A stretch of DNA of 64,000 nt from Stegostoma tigrinum (taxonomy: Eukaryota). Where the stretch lies: positions 130,195,178-130,259,177 of the forward strand of contig NC_081355.1 in the NCBI RefSeq assembly GCF_030684315.1, in the 5' to 3' direction. Positions 63,433 through 64,000 of this stretch are shown in pieces; positions within the stretch are counted from its first letter, which is position 1, and every line of letters starts with the position of its first letter. The notes beneath the pieces are model-generated. The model was not told the DNA's origin. It ran no database searches and saw only the letters and a program-made list of their open reading frames with translations. The translations under genes were made by a program, and so were the position numbers.

Positions 63433-63658
63433 AGAGATGATAGGAACTGCAGATGCTGGAGAATCTGAGATAACAAGGCATAGAGCTGGATGAACACAGC
63501 AGGCCAAGCAGCATCAGAGGAGCAGGAAGGCTGACGTTTCAGGCCTAGACCCTTCTGCAGAAAATGAATTCAGACCCTTAGGCCCACAACACCAGCTTTC
63601 CTGCTCCTCTGATGTTGCTTAGCCTGCTGTATTCATCCAGCTCTATTTCTTGTTATCT
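63433..63658. mobile_element. Fold-back PLE mini-element with mutated core and 15-bp TSD
   Basis: Inverted copies of the terminus. Minus-strand core CTGCAGA-A-GGGTCTAGGCCT-GAAACGTC. Perfect TSD CATGTCTTTGGCTAC at 63418-63432 and 63659-63673. Confidence 0.88.
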
Positions 63659-64000
63659 CATGTCTTTGGCTACGATGGGTTTGCTCAACATCACTCTCCT
63701 CCTCACTAAGCCTAAGTTCTACCATCATCTCCATCCTTTAAATTGACTTTCCTGTTTAATTTGCAACTTCTGAAGTTCAAACTCGGTCTCTTTTTCTTTT
63801 TGCCCAGCCAAGAACATTCTGTCCTTTTCATTATCTTCTAACGTGGCTCTTCTTTACCTTTCTTTCTTTTCTGCTTTTGACTGTAATTCAAAATCTCTTT
63901 CTTTTCTTTCATTCTCTAACTCCAGTTGTCTCATTTGCAAATTAATTTTTTCCTAACTCCACTGCACTTGCCTGTTTCTCTGACATACCTAGGTGTTTGA

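Larger units (their letters stand above)
60700..64000 (-). mobile_element. Decayed Gmr1-like Ty3/Gypsy LTR retrotransposon: SCAN-containing gag, degenerate CCHC knuckle, protease, then integrase; RT/RNase H absent
   Basis: Minus strand LVPEAYRQQFR...FDRWMRAL...LREIILLKEFKNSLPE (SCAN-like, about 62800-63075); LRCCLYIGVGHKKSQC (about 62590-62640); LRDMGA (62343-62360); GGHLGARKT...CRTCHTSQ, VDCAGPFPKTKSGNQYLLTI, YHLESQGALGRWHQTLK (integrase). Confidence 0.85.

Overview
This is eukaryotic, repeat-rich vertebrate DNA. The repeat families (HE1/V-SINE, HER1-type CR1 LINEs, Deu-domain SINEs) point to a shark genome, possibly a carpet shark (inference). The only host gene I can support is the first coding exon of PARD3 on the minus strand (55656-55537, 40 codons, followed by a GTGAGT donor) inside a CpG-rich promoter. 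Everything from 55536 down to 1 is most likely its large first intron; I found no exon 2. The rest is layered retroelements: many CR1 LINE fragments (one young copy with an uninterrupted 3' ORF2), a second APE-RT LINE family with a tRNA-derived SINE sharing its 3' tail, Rex/Babar LINEs, Neptune-type Penelope-like elements (PLEs; RT plus GIY-YIG), and a decayed Gmr1-like Gypsy element (SCAN-gag, PR, then INT). The most interesting signal is about 15 short PLE-terminus-type elements from at least three sequence families. Most carry a minimal type I hammerhead-ribozyme-like core (CUGANGA-A-stem II-GAAA-CG-UH, or GAAA-AGCU-UH). Several are fold-back hairpins, and eight insertions are flanked by 12-16 bp target-site duplications. 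One is an internally deleted, retrozyme-like mini-element. Boundaries of old repeats are approximate (about +/-30 bp). The TSD, ribozyme-core and exon coordinates were counted directly.
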